Translations under genes and position numbers: made by a program | In this document: positions 16,732 through 25,655 of the stretch, piece by piece | Layout: every line of letters begins with the position of its first letter | Numbering within the stretch: position 1 is the first letter of the stretch | Notes under the pieces: model-generated | Told to the model about the DNA's origin: nothing | What the model saw: only the letters and a program-made list of their open reading frames with translations | Database searches by the model: none | IMG/VR virus record: IMGVR_UViG_3300042542_004122 | Location: 1-64,000 of that record | Reading direction: 5' to 3' (one strand) | DNA from: a virus | DNA length: 64,000 nt

Positions 16732-18217
16732 TTTGTTTTTTGTAAATTGTATTGCCTACTACCAACACATCTATGTCTGTTGATTTAAATAAGTTCATGG
16801 CATTCTCAATCCAGCCTGCTATAGGTTTTCCTGCTTCGTTAAGGCTTGTGTTTAATAATAAAGGGCACCCCGATAGTTCATGGAAAACTTCTAACAATTT
16901 TCTAAAAGCATAGTCAAACGATTCATTGACAGTTTGAGCGCGACAAGTTCCGTCGACATGAGTTATAGCTTGTAAATTATCTTTTTGTGTTGTGCCTAGA
17001 TAAAGCATATACGGATTTTCAAAATCTAGATCAAAATATTCTTTGCCATACTCTTGCAAAACACTAGCTCCAAAAGGTCTGTAGTACTCTCTATTTTTAA
17101 CCCTATTAATTATATCTTTTCCATTTTTAATTCTTGGGTCCATTAGTATAGATCTGTGCCCTAATGCTCGTGGACCTATCTCACCATGTCCTTGATACCA
17201 TGCAACAATTTTACCTTCATTTAAAAATTTAGCTGTTTGATATATGGTATCAATAGTAGGTTGGCTATGTGGAGACTGATCAGACTGCATGAATGGATAT
17301 CTAGACATATTAAACTTAGGTAAATTTTTTGATTGTCTAAATAGTTCAAGTGTTCCAAAAGTTAATCCCTCATCGCTGCAATGTGGATATATTATGAGAT
17401 TGGGGTATTTTTTCTTTAACAACGTATTCCAAACAACATTTTGTGCTACTCCACCTGAATAGCCTATTCTCTCATGCGGTTTGAAATGTTTTTCAAAAAA
17501 TTCTAGTAGTAATTCGCCTATTCTAAAATGAATAGTGTGAGCAATATCTAATTTTTGTTGCAGAGGTAATGTTCTATCAACAAAATATAAATGATCGTCA
17601 GATGCAACTGTCCATTTCCAAGGTCTGTCTTTACGCATACCTTTAACTGCAGTGCTAGTATAGTTCATGTTGTACTTTAAAAGATTTTCATAATGTTTCA
17701 AATTTAATCTACCATAACTTTGCCAACCCATAAGTTTACCCGCAAGATCAAGGCCATGACCTTCAATATCTAAATAATTTGCTATTATCCCCAAACCGTC
17801 GCCAAAACTTACGCCAGAATTAGAGGTAAGTATTTGGCTTATAATTTTATCATCTCTAAAAATGCTACACCAAAGATCAGCGTTATCCCCTAATCCATCA
17901 ACTACTACATGAGCATCTATTTTTTCTTTTTCTAATATCTCTACACTATATGCATGCTTTCTATGATGCCCTTGATACTTTTGATGTTCTGAGTAGCTAA
18001 TATCTAAAAAGTTACCATTATATTTATTTTTACAATAAACAGCAATAAAATCTTGAATTTGAAATTCAACAGCGGACTTGCCAGTAATATAAAATCCAAA
18101 ATGTTTATTTTGTAAAAGCCTTTCAAATTTTAAATAGCCTACTTTAGTATTAAAATAAGCTATGGAAGCATCATGATAAGGATGTGATGCTACTATGCTT
18201 AACATAATTTCTTGCAC
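16724..18217 (-). CDS. NodU/CmcH-family carbamoyltransferase
   Basis: HDAS, GKLMG, SGGVAQN, GPRALGHRS, RPFG, HVDGTCR, NTSLN. Confidence 0.9.
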   Translation of the reverse strand: MQEIMLSIVASHPYHDASIAYFNTKVGYLKFERLLQNKHFGFYITGKSAVEFQIQDFIAVYCKNKYNGNFLDISYSEHQKYQGHHRKHAYSVEILEKEKIDAHVVVDGLGDNADLWCSIFRDDKIISQILTSNSGVSFGDGLGIIANYLDIEGHGLDLAGKLMGWQSYGRLNLKHYENLLKYNMNYTSTAVKGMRKDRPWKWTVASDDHLYFVDRTLPLQQKLDIAHTIHFRIGELLLEFFEKHFKPHERIGYSGGVAQNVVWNTLLKKKYPNLIIYPHCSDEGLTFGTLELFRQSKNLPKFNMSRYPFMQSDQSPHSQPTIDTIYQTAKFLNEGKIVAWYQGHGEIGPRALGHRSILMDPRIKNGKDIINRVKNREYYRPFGASVLQEYGKEYFDLDFENPYMLYLGTTQKDNLQAITHVDGTCRAQTVNESFDYAFRKLLEVFHELSGCPLLLNTSLNEAGKPIAGWIENAMNLFKSTDIDVLVVGNTIYKKQNV

Positions 18218-19148
18218 AACTTAGCAATCGATTCTGAATACGAGATTCTGAGTATAAAGCTCTTAGGTGTTTACTATACTTTAGATCGTCTATCAATCTT
18301 TTCAACATTTTCAATTGAGTATTTTTATTAATTTCAGATGTTAATCCTATATATTTTAAAAAGGTATTAATGTCTGAAAGTTCTTCTTCTTTATTGATTA
18401 GTGCTAAAAACTCTCTATGAAAACCAAAAACACTGATTTCACATTTGGTAGTATAAGTATTTAGTAATTCATATAATAGCCTGTAATTTTTATCAATCCA
18501 GAATTTTTTCCAAAATGTTCTATATTGTACTTTTAGTTCTATTTCATTAATAAAATTATCTGGTAAAAGATATGAGTAGAATAAAAATTCGCAAGGTTTA
18601 TCTTGATTAAGAAGAACATCAATCGCTTCTTCTATGTTTTCAATTTTATCTAGATACTTTTTTTGAACATAAAAAGGCGTATGAGGTGTTAGAAAATAGT
18701 CTAATGATTTTTTTTTAAAGTAGTTACTGTAATCATCTACACATTTTTTTGATGGAAAAATATCATGTGCATGTATAGGGCTAATATTACCTGAGCCAAT
18801 AGTATTTTTCCAATTTGAATAGCTACTATTTCTAATAAAAAAATTCAATGGACCTAGAAGGAGGTAATCACCATCTATAAACTGAGAAACAAGTATTTTA
18901 ATTCCCTGATGTCTAAACCATCCATTCTTATAAGAATTTACCTTTGCAAAATCTTTGACACTTAAAACTTTTACAGAATTTTTGTCTTTATAATATTTCT
19001 CAATTAAAACATTCCACTTTTCAAAATCTGTATATTCATTAATAATTATCCAATGAACATACGAATCTATAAATTTGGATATTGATTCTAGTTGAAGTTC
19101 AAAAACTTCAAAATCACGGTCACAAACAATAGTAACTATATTCAACAT
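18171..19148 (-). CDS. GT-A-like hypothetical protein (possibly DUF6492-like)
   Basis: N-terminal VTIVCDRD, GWFRHQ.IK; AT-rich. Confidence 0.5.
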   Translation of the reverse strand: MLNIVTIVCDRDFEVFELQLESISKFIDSYVHWIIINEYTDFEKWNVLIEKYYKDKNSVKVLSVKDFAKVNSYKNGWFRHQGIKILVSQFIDGDYLLLGPLNFFIRNSSYSNWKNTIGSGNISPIHAHDIFPSKKCVDDYSNYFKKKSLDYFLTPHTPFYVQKKYLDKIENIEEAIDVLLNQDKPCEFLFYSYLLPDNFINEIELKVQYRTFWKKFWIDKNYRLLYELLNTYTTKCEISVFGFHREFLALINKEEELSDINTFLKYIGLTSEINKNTQLKMLKRLIDDLKYSKHLRALYSESRIQNRLLSCARNYVKHSSITSLS

Positions 19149-19151
19149 TCA

Positions 19152-19802
19152 TCAATCTTTAAGAGTATTAAAACTATCATCCATAACAAACTCAGTCATA
19201 TAACTATCGTCTGTATACATCTTATCTTTATTTTCTACAGAATATATTGTAAGATCAATCTCATAACCTGGATTACTAGTTATAGGATCTTTCACCCAGG
19301 CATTGTCATGCCAGATAATTCTATTATTAGGATAAATGTAGTAGTTGCCCTCGTCCATTTGGAATAGGTGGCCGCACTTATGTTCTGGAGTTTCAGAGAA
19401 GTTAGTATCTAATATTGCTCTATTTTCAAAAGACCAATCGAGAGTGAACAAATATATACCTTCTCTCTTATCTCCTGTTGGGGATATAAGTTTAGCTCTT
19501 AGTCTATTTAGTCTTGCTCTAACTTGCACATCTATATAAGGACTAAAACAATCCCAATATATATGCTCATTCAATGCTCTAACTGGAGCATCTTGCTTCC
19601 AACAAAAGGCTGTTATAGGTCTACGAGTCCAATTTACTCCATTTTCTAAAAATGCTTCAAATAGAGGAACTCTATTCTCAATAGAAGCTACTGAGTGCAT
19701 ATTGCAAGGAGTATACTCCCCGTGACCTTTACGGTGATTAAACAGATATTCATTCCTAATATAACAAGGTATAGTAGGTATATTATGATTTAAATAAGAC
19801 AT
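19152..19802 (-). CDS. hypothetical protein
   Basis: ORF track, 216 aa. Confidence 0.75.
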   Translation of the reverse strand: MSYLNHNIPTIPCYIRNEYLFNHRKGHGEYTPCNMHSVASIENRVPLFEAFLENGVNWTRRPITAFCWKQDAPVRALNEHIYWDCFSPYIDVQVRARLNRLRAKLISPTGDKREGIYLFTLDWSFENRAILDTNFSETPEHKCGHLFQMDEGNYYIYPNNRIIWHDNAWVKDPITSNPGYEIDLTIYSVENKDKMYTDDSYMTEFVMDDSFNTLKD

Positions 19803-20242
19803 TATTCACACCAAGATTTTTTTTCCTCTCCATAATACTCTCTAGCTAGTCCAGCTGCAATTAAAGATTTAGCTAAGTTTACATCGCCAACCATTACATC
19901 GGCATTAATTCTTCCACCAAATTTATCCCATTTAACTTTGCTAAAAGTAATAGTGGTATTATTAGCCTTTGCAGTCTCTATTAGTTTTTTGGTGTGCTCA
20001 GTAGCTTTGACAGCTAGTGCAGCCTCAGAAGGGCACTTGGCTCTTCCACCTTTTTCTGGCGTATCTACTCCTAGAACTCTTACTTTAAGTCCTAATTCAG
20101 GAGGTAGTCTCATAGAGGCTACATCAATCTCTAAAGTATCTCCATCTACAACTCTTAAAACTTTCCAGTCATATGATTTTGTCTGTGCAAATGCAGTTGT
20201 TGCAATAAGAACAAATGCAGTAGATAATAATAACTTTTTCAT
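19802..20242 (-). CDS. secreted thermonuclease (SNase family)
   Basis: Signal peptide, VVDGDT, GVDTPE, DKFGGR. Confidence 0.9.
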   Translation of the reverse strand: MKKLLLSTAFVLIATTAFAQTKSYDWKVLRVVDGDTLEIDVASMRLPPELGLKVRVLGVDTPEKGGRAKCPSEAALAVKATEHTKKLIETAKANNTTITFSKVKWDKFGGRINADVMVGDVNLAKSLIAAGLAREYYGEEKKSWCE

Positions 20243-20615
20243 GATTTACCTAATTTTCCTTTTTTCTTTTCTCCAGTTTCTCTAGAGATAAGACCTCTGG
20301 CTTTTAATCTAGCCTCTGCTGTAGCTCCGACTGATTCGCCTCTTTTATACTTAGATAACATTTTATCCAAGTGAGATTTCATCTTTTTTCCCTGAAATCG
20401 AAGTGCCATAGATATCCTTTTTGGAGCTGTGTAAGTTGTAAGCAGATATATAATCGTAGAACTCGTCTAAGATTTTTAACTTTTTAGCACGTTGTTCACA
20501 GTTATATGGAAATTTTAAATGAAGACCGTTACAAACTACGCAGCGCATAGTTAAAGCTTATCGTAGTAAGGTCCAGTAGTCAATAATAAAAAAACCGGGA
20601 TTTCTCCCGGTTTAA

Positions 20616-20972
20616 TTAGACTCCAAGTCCTCTATATTCTTCTTTTACTCGTATATTATCAGTTTCTAACTCTCGTCGCAAAACCTCTATAGCTTTCCAA
20701 GGATCACAATTACCGCAAGTAAAGATGTCTATACTAGCGTAATTAAGTTCTGGAAACGTGTGCCAAGAAGCGTGGCTTTCTGCTAAGAGAATTACTCCGC
20801 TGCATCCTTGCGGAGAGAACTGATGATCGTGCACATGGATAATAGTTGCCCCTGTCGCATTACAGGCCATGAGCATTGCATTTAACACATTCTCTCTAGT
20901 TAGAGCCGGAGAGTCAAACACCTCAATTAAGAGGTGTTTGCCTACGTAGTTTGTAGGATGAGAAAAACTCAT
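20616..20972 (-). CDS. speD: S-adenosylmethionine decarboxylase proenzyme
   Basis: FSPQG, LAESHASWHTFPE, DIFTCG. Confidence 0.9.
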   Translation of the reverse strand: MSFSHPTNYVGKHLLIEVFDSPALTRENVLNAMLMACNATGATIIHVHDHQFSPQGCSGVILLAESHASWHTFPELNYASIDIFTCGNCDPWKAIEVLRRELETDNIRVKEEYRGLGV

Positions 20973-20973
20973 C

Positions 20974-21342
20974 TTAGCAAGCCTGGCGAATGGTAAAGTC
21001 CCACTTTGCGTTCTGTGGCTCAAACCACTCACGGAAGTGAGCGACTACAGCCTCATTGTCGAACGGCTTGCAAGAAAAGATATCTAGATATCCATCGCCT
21101 GACTCATTGCACAGATGGGCAGTAATGCTTGAGGTTTCGATTGGCTGAAGTAGTGTGATACCGCATAGATCAGGGCGATCCTTTGGACCACAATCTTCAA
21201 TCCAAGGAGTGCCCATTGACTTCATGCCAATGAGTTTAAGTAGTGATTCGTTATATTGAAGAACATACGGAATGCTCTTGATTTTTTCGATGACGCAAGC
21301 GCGTGCATCAATACGTAGGTGATATCCCCAGTAGTTTGACAT
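20974..21342 (-). CDS. divergent AdoMetDC-family pyruvoyl decarboxylase
   Basis: WGYH, IETSSITAH, YLDIFSCKPF. Confidence 0.8.
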   Translation of the reverse strand: MSNYWGYHLRIDARACVIEKIKSIPYVLQYNESLLKLIGMKSMGTPWIEDCGPKDRPDLCGITLLQPIETSSITAHLCNESGDGYLDIFSCKPFDNEAVVAHFREWFEPQNAKWDFTIRQAC

Positions 21343-21519
21343 AGTGGTTCCTTTCATCAAATATTTAAATAAGATGAAGAAGCCCACTCTTCCATTCTTA
21401 ATCTAGGGCTATCAGGCAGGTTTAGCTTAGCAAACTGCCAAAATGTAATATATAATACAACTTTCTTAAGTGTTGGGCAAATATAAAATGCCAGCATTTG
21501 TTTAATGCTGGCATTTAAT

Positions 21520-21591
21520 TGGTGGCTTGACCTGGAATCGCACCAGAATGGCAGACTTATGAGATCCGCTCGGTTAACTAAACCTCAAGCC
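21520..21591 (-). tRNA. atypical tRNA(CAT), Met or Ile2, with a shrunken D arm
   Basis: GGCTTGA/TCAAGCC acceptor, loop CTCATAA, CCA. Confidence 0.65.
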
Positions 21592-21597
21592 TTGCAT

Positions 21598-22173
21598 TTA
21601 TAGCGTAGGACCGCCGACGGGGCGATTACATTCGCATAGTTGATCAGTAAGGAGTGCATCTAGAATACGTAGGGTCTCATCAGCACTACGTCCTACGTTT
21701 AGGTTATTCACCGAAACGTGCTGAATAACATCGCTAGGATCTACGATAAAAGTTGCACGGAGTGCAACACCAGAGGTAGTATCAAGAACTCCTAGCTGAT
21801 AGGCTAGGCCTGTAATCTCGACATCTTCTACAGGATCTACAAATCCTTCTCGAAGAGTATCGGCAAACATCCAAGAATTAGTCTTCTTTAGATCGGGATG
21901 TGCGTTTCTCCATGCTAGCTTGCAGAACTCATTATCGGTTGATCCGATAAGAAGAACTGTATCTCGGTCTTCAAAATCCTTATTTAGCTTATCATAAGCT
22001 ACAATCTCAGTAGGGCATACAAAGGTAAAGTCTTTAGGATAAAATACTATTACTTTCCACTTACCCGGAAAACTAGTCTCATCAATATGCTCAAAAGCAT
22101 CCTCACCCTCTAATACTCCTGGCTTAACGCCTTTAATATTAAATGATTCTAGCTTATCTCCAACGGTTTTCAT
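21598..22173 (-). CDS. ahpC: 2-Cys peroxiredoxin AhpC
   Basis: FYPKDFTFVCPTE, RATFIVDP. Confidence 0.92.
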   Translation of the reverse strand: MKTVGDKLESFNIKGVKPGVLEGEDAFEHIDETSFPGKWKVIVFYPKDFTFVCPTEIVAYDKLNKDFEDRDTVLLIGSTDNEFCKLAWRNAHPDLKKTNSWMFADTLREGFVDPVEDVEITGLAYQLGVLDTTSGVALRATFIVDPSDVIQHVSVNNLNVGRSADETLRILDALLTDQLCECNRPVGGPTL

Positions 22174-22646
22174 TTCTTCTCACTTTCTTCTTTCAAAACA
22201 TACTGTTGCATTTTATTGTGTGGTATTCCTGCAACATGAATACCAGGGGAACGTTGTCCCTTGCCGCTTTCATCAAAATAGTTTTTAAACTGTATATTGT
22301 ACGGTCTAAAATCTACATTGGCGGTTTTATACGCTCCAATAGTCATAACTTCTATTGGAGACGGATATAGTTTATCGTAAGCAGCTTTAACTACTTTCAT
22401 TACAGATTCAGCTCCTTTGCTGAAACCGTAAAGATAGTAGCATTTTTCATCTTCGACTATAGACATAGCAATATCTAAGTCTTCATGATAAAGTGTTATA
22501 GGATACAATCCTCGTAATTTAGCATAATCTTCAAAAGCTGCCTGATCAAATTGGCCTTTTAAACCACGAAAACCTATGATAACACAGTCGTTAGCATAGG
22601 TTTGTAGAGGCCATATAGTTAGTATGGTTGCGATTAGTTTTTTCAT
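22170..22646 (-). CDS. secreted alpha/beta-hydrolase-like protein
   Basis: Signal peptide, GFSKG elbow. Confidence 0.55.
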   Translation of the reverse strand: MKKLIATILTIWPLQTYANDCVIIGFRGLKGQFDQAAFEDYAKLRGLYPITLYHEDLDIAMSIVEDEKCYYLYGFSKGAESVMKVVKAAYDKLYPSPIEVMTIGAYKTANVDFRPYNIQFKNYFDESGKGQRSPGIHVAGIPHNKMQQYVLKEESEKK

Positions 22647-22876
22647 TTTAAAATTTGGTGTGGGCTATGCACAAGAGCGTTGCATCTTGCCATGATCTCT
22701 TTTCCAATCCCCCACACAGACTAGAACGTTCTGTCATCTCTATAAACCTTCACCAACCGACAGCTCAGAGTGTGAATTTGTTGAGAAATTTTACATAGCC
22801 TCTTCAACAGGCTCTCCTCTAGCAGTCTTCATTGACTGACGTTACGTATCGTGTCAATCCATCGTCTACTAGAAAC

Positions 22877-22953
22877 TGGCGCCTCTGGCAGGAGTCGAAC
22901 CCACAACCGCTCGGGTAGAAACCGATTGCTCTATCCAATTGAGCTACAAAGGC
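22877..22953 (-). tRNA. tRNA-Arg(TCT)
   Basis: Loop TTTCTAC, CCA. Confidence 0.9.
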
Positions 22954-23007
22954 ATTTAACTTTATGATTAATAATATCAAGTTTAGAGATAACTTGCAAC
23001 TAAAAAA

Positions 23008-23081
23008 TGGCACCGGCACAAGGACTTGAACCCTGACAAACAGATTTGGAGGCTGTCGTGCTACCATTACACTATGCCGAT
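23008..23081 (-). tRNA. tRNA-Trp(CCA)
   Basis: Loop CTCCAAA, G73, CCA. Confidence 0.85.
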
Positions 23082-23085
23082 AATT

Positions 23086-23171
23086 TGGTGCCCGCAGCCA
23101 GACTTGAACTGGCACGCCTCTAAAGGCTACGGATTTTAAGTCCGTTGCGTCTGCCATTCCGCCATGCGGGC
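23086..23171 (-). tRNA. tRNA-Leu(TAA)
   Basis: Loop CTTAAAA, long variable arm. Confidence 0.9.
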
Positions 23172-23176
23172 AATAT

Positions 23177-23252
23177 TGGTAGCCGTAGAAGGAGTTGCAC
23201 CTACAACATCTCACTAATCAGGTGAGCGCTCTGCTAATTGAGCTATACGGCT
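23177..23252 (-). tRNA. tRNA-Ile(GAT)
   Basis: CTCAC-CTGATTA-GTGAG. Confidence 0.88.
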
Positions 23253-23257
23253 ACAAT

Positions 23258-23351
23258 TGGTAGTCCCACCAGGATTCGAACCTGGACTGCTCTCTAATCT
23301 GGAGACAATGCCGAATATAAGTCGGGTGTTCTACCGTTAAACTATGGGACC
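23258..23351 (-). tRNA. tRNA-Ile(TAT) with a long variable arm
   Basis: CCGA-CTTATAT-TCGG, about 22-nt variable hairpin, CCA. Confidence 0.8.
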
Positions 23352-23360
23352 ATAAAAATA

Positions 23361-23436
23361 TGGAGGGCCCCGTCGGAGTCGAACCGACAACCTACAACTT
23401 AAAAGGATGCTGCTCTGCCAATTGAGCTAGGGGCCC
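23361..23436 (-). tRNA. tRNA-Lys(TTT)
   Basis: Loop CTTTTAA. Confidence 0.88.
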
Positions 23437-23588
23437 TGATGTTACTGACAGCATTATCACATCCTAAGTAGGTTCTAAATACTCGGTTTTATCTACATCA
23501 TACTCTCGGGTCATATAGCGTACGCAACTGAATCGTGCCTTATATGGCTTGCAATAGTAGACCGGGCATACCGAAACCGGTAAAAAAA

Positions 23589-23663
23589 TGGTGGGCCGTG
23601 ACGGGATTGAACCGCCGACATTCGCCGTGTAAAGACGCTGCTCTGCCGCTGAGCTAACAGCCC
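23589..23663 (-). tRNA. tRNA-Val(TAC)
   Basis: Loop TTTACAC. Confidence 0.9.
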
Positions 23664-23738
23664 ATAAAAGCCCCTGCCGGCCCGTGAGTTTCTTTCGTGG
23701 GCAGGAACGGTATGTTTTATATCAAAAACATACAAAAC

Positions 23739-23814
23739 TGGTAGAGCGTAGGGGATTCGAACCCCTGTTAACGGATTGAAAGCCCGCGATCCTAGGCCGC
23801 TAGACGAACGCTCC
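23739..23814 (-). tRNA. tRNA-Glu(TTC)
   Basis: Loop CTTTCAA, Glu-type D arm. Confidence 0.88.
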
Positions 23815-23819
23815 TCAAT

Positions 23820-23894
23820 TGGTTGCAGAGACAGGACTTGCACCTGTGGCCTTCTGGGTATGAGCCAGACGAGCTGCTTCTGCTCCACTCTGCG
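23820..23894 (-). tRNA. initiator tRNA-fMet(CAT)
   Basis: C1:A72 mismatch, loop CTCATAC. Confidence 0.85.
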
Positions 23895-23903
23895 TTATGA
23901 TAC

Positions 23904-24009
23904 TTGATTGTGTGCATTTTTATGAGAATCGAACTCACTCAACTCCGAACGCGGCAGAGCTATTTACCATTATATCGGCGTGGCCTTTGCCTTCCATGCA
24001 CACAATCAA
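23904..24009 (-). ncRNA. tRNA-like RNA closed by a 14-bp terminal stem
   Basis: TTGATTGTGTGCAT/ATGCACACAATCAA enclosing a TTCGATT T arm and an anticodon-like arm. Confidence 0.55.
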
Positions 24010-24159
24010 ATATCATTGATACTTGTTTCCCGAATTTTACTCTCTGCGTTGTCGCCGCAGATCCTTCATCCGACAATGTTTTTCAAAACATCAACTTATA
24101 TATAATACTAAAACTTAGAGCATCTAGCAATATAAAAATGCAATTTTATACTCTAGACG

Positions 24160-24205
24160 CAAAAAATGCGATAATCTAGGTTACCCTAAACTATCGCATT
24201 TTTGT
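24160..24205 (-). terminator. intrinsic terminator at the end of the large ncRNA
   Basis: AAAAATGCGATA...TATCGCATTTTTT hairpin. Confidence 0.75.
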
Positions 24206-25052
24206 AGGAAAGCTGAGATTACACTTTCTATATTAGCACTTCAAGAGGTACCCTCTATTTGCAGTAGAGGTTTTCTTGACATCCACCAGATGCCTGCTAA
24301 GGTCACCCAGTATACCAACAGTATCGCCTTTTAAAGTCTGGCAGTAGACTTGACGTTATACGCTACTCTATATTATACCGTCCGCTGACCTTGCGAGCCA
24401 TTAAGCCTTGCGAGCTACGAATTTTTTAATATAAACTGATTTCACCTTGCGGGTTACATCAGACCAAGTTCTCTTTCGAGCTTGGTATTAGATACCTTTC
24501 ACATATAACCGAGGCAGACTTTGCTTTTTTAAAACATTGACTGGATTTGAACCAGCGTCCGTTTGCTTCCAACGCAAATGCTCATCCACTGAGCTACAAT
24601 AATAACCTACTGCGATGTGCTGCCTCGTTGCTCCGTATGGTTTTGACATACAAAATACAACACACCACGTATCTTTCGCGACGCGCGCTACTCGATCGTA
24701 TTTTGCGACGATGTATAAGCATTTATAGCTTATCCACTACCGCTGATACTGCAAAAATGCCTTTAGTTGCTTAAACTTCAGACAGAGATGCTACCCTTTG
24801 TTCTACCAACTGCTAGATTGGTGTTGTAGTGAAGTCGGCACCACCCGTTACATTCCAATAACTTAGGTTCCCCTTTCGGGCCTATAAGCTATCGTTTTCT
24901 CACTACACCTAGTTCATTGTTACCTCCGTTGCCGAAGGCTAGGAACTGGGCTTGCTTAAGTGGGCCACTCGGAGAGTGGTGCGGTTATGTAGGGATTACC
25001 GCTTTTATCACATTACTGTGACTATCCTTATGGGGCTTAAGCGCCCCAACTC
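24205..25052 (-). ncRNA. probable GOLLD RNA (about 850 nt) with an embedded tRNA-like domain
   Basis: No convincing ORF, own promoter and terminator, dense hairpins with GCAA/GAAA tetraloops, inside a phage tRNA array. Confidence 0.7.
24533..24603 (-). tRNA. tRNA-like domain (TGG anticodon, no CCA) inside the large ncRNA
   Basis: TAGCTCAGTGGATGAGC D arm, TTTGC-GTTGGAA-GCAAA, CTGG-TTCAAAT-CCAG; weak acceptor. Confidence 0.7.
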
Positions 25053-25250
25053 ATTATTTATCTATAATATCAAACTTTTAAGTAACTACCAACTAAAAAA
25101 TGACTTTTCTTTGTCGGTCCTCTTTAAGAGTTTTATTTTGTAGGAGAGGAGGTTTTACCTGTCTCTCCGCTTCAGTTTTTATATATTACTAAACTTTTTA
25201 GCGTTGAGCAATATAAAAATAAAAGAATTTGGTATAGTGCTATTTTTAAA

Positions 25251-25328
25251 TGGTCCGGGTAGCAGGATTTGAACCTACGACCCCTCCGCCCCAAACGGAG
25301 TGCTCTAGCCAGACTGAGCTATACCCGG
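25251..25328 (-). tRNA. tRNA-Pro(TGG)
   Basis: CTCCG-TTTGGGG-CGGAG. Confidence 0.9.
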
Positions 25329-25338
25329 TTAAATTATG

Positions 25339-25414
25339 TGGAGGACTCGACAGGAGTTGCACCTGCATATTACCGATTTGCAGTCGGCTGCCTAACTATT
25401 CGAACCACGAGTCC
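25339..25414 (-). tRNA. tRNA-Cys(GCA)
   Basis: Loop CTGCAAA, U73. Confidence 0.85.
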
Positions 25415-25416
25415 GT

Positions 25417-25491
25417 TGGGGTGACTACTCGGATTTGAGCCGAGTCTGACAGAATCACAATCTGTAGTGCTGCCATTACACTATAGCCACC
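25417..25491 (-). tRNA. tRNA-His(GTG)
   Basis: Loop TTGTGAT, G-1/C73. Confidence 0.88.
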
Positions 25492-25496
25492 ATAAC

Positions 25497-25572
25497 TGGT
25501 GCCCCAGACAAGACTTGCACTTGTTTCCTTACCCTTACCAAGGGTCTGTTCAGCTATATGAACTTCAGGGGC
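25497..25572 (-). tRNA. tRNA-Thr(GGT)
   Basis: Loop TTGGTAA. Confidence 0.85.
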
Positions 25573-25578
25573 GTAATA

Positions 25579-25654
25579 TGGTAGGTTGTCTCTGAATCGA
25601 ACAGAGTTCCTTCGCTCTTCAGGCGAATGTGTGCACCAGCTTCACCAACAACCC
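25579..25654 (-). tRNA. tRNA-Phe(GAA)
   Basis: TTCGC-CTGAAGA-GCGAA. Confidence 0.85.
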
Positions 25655-25655
25655 A

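Noticed and set aside
25105-25178. Glycine riboswitch-like GGAGAGAC hairpin upstream of the large ncRNA
   Set aside because: It lacks the CCGAAG and CUCAGG cores; only a generic hairpin can be supported.
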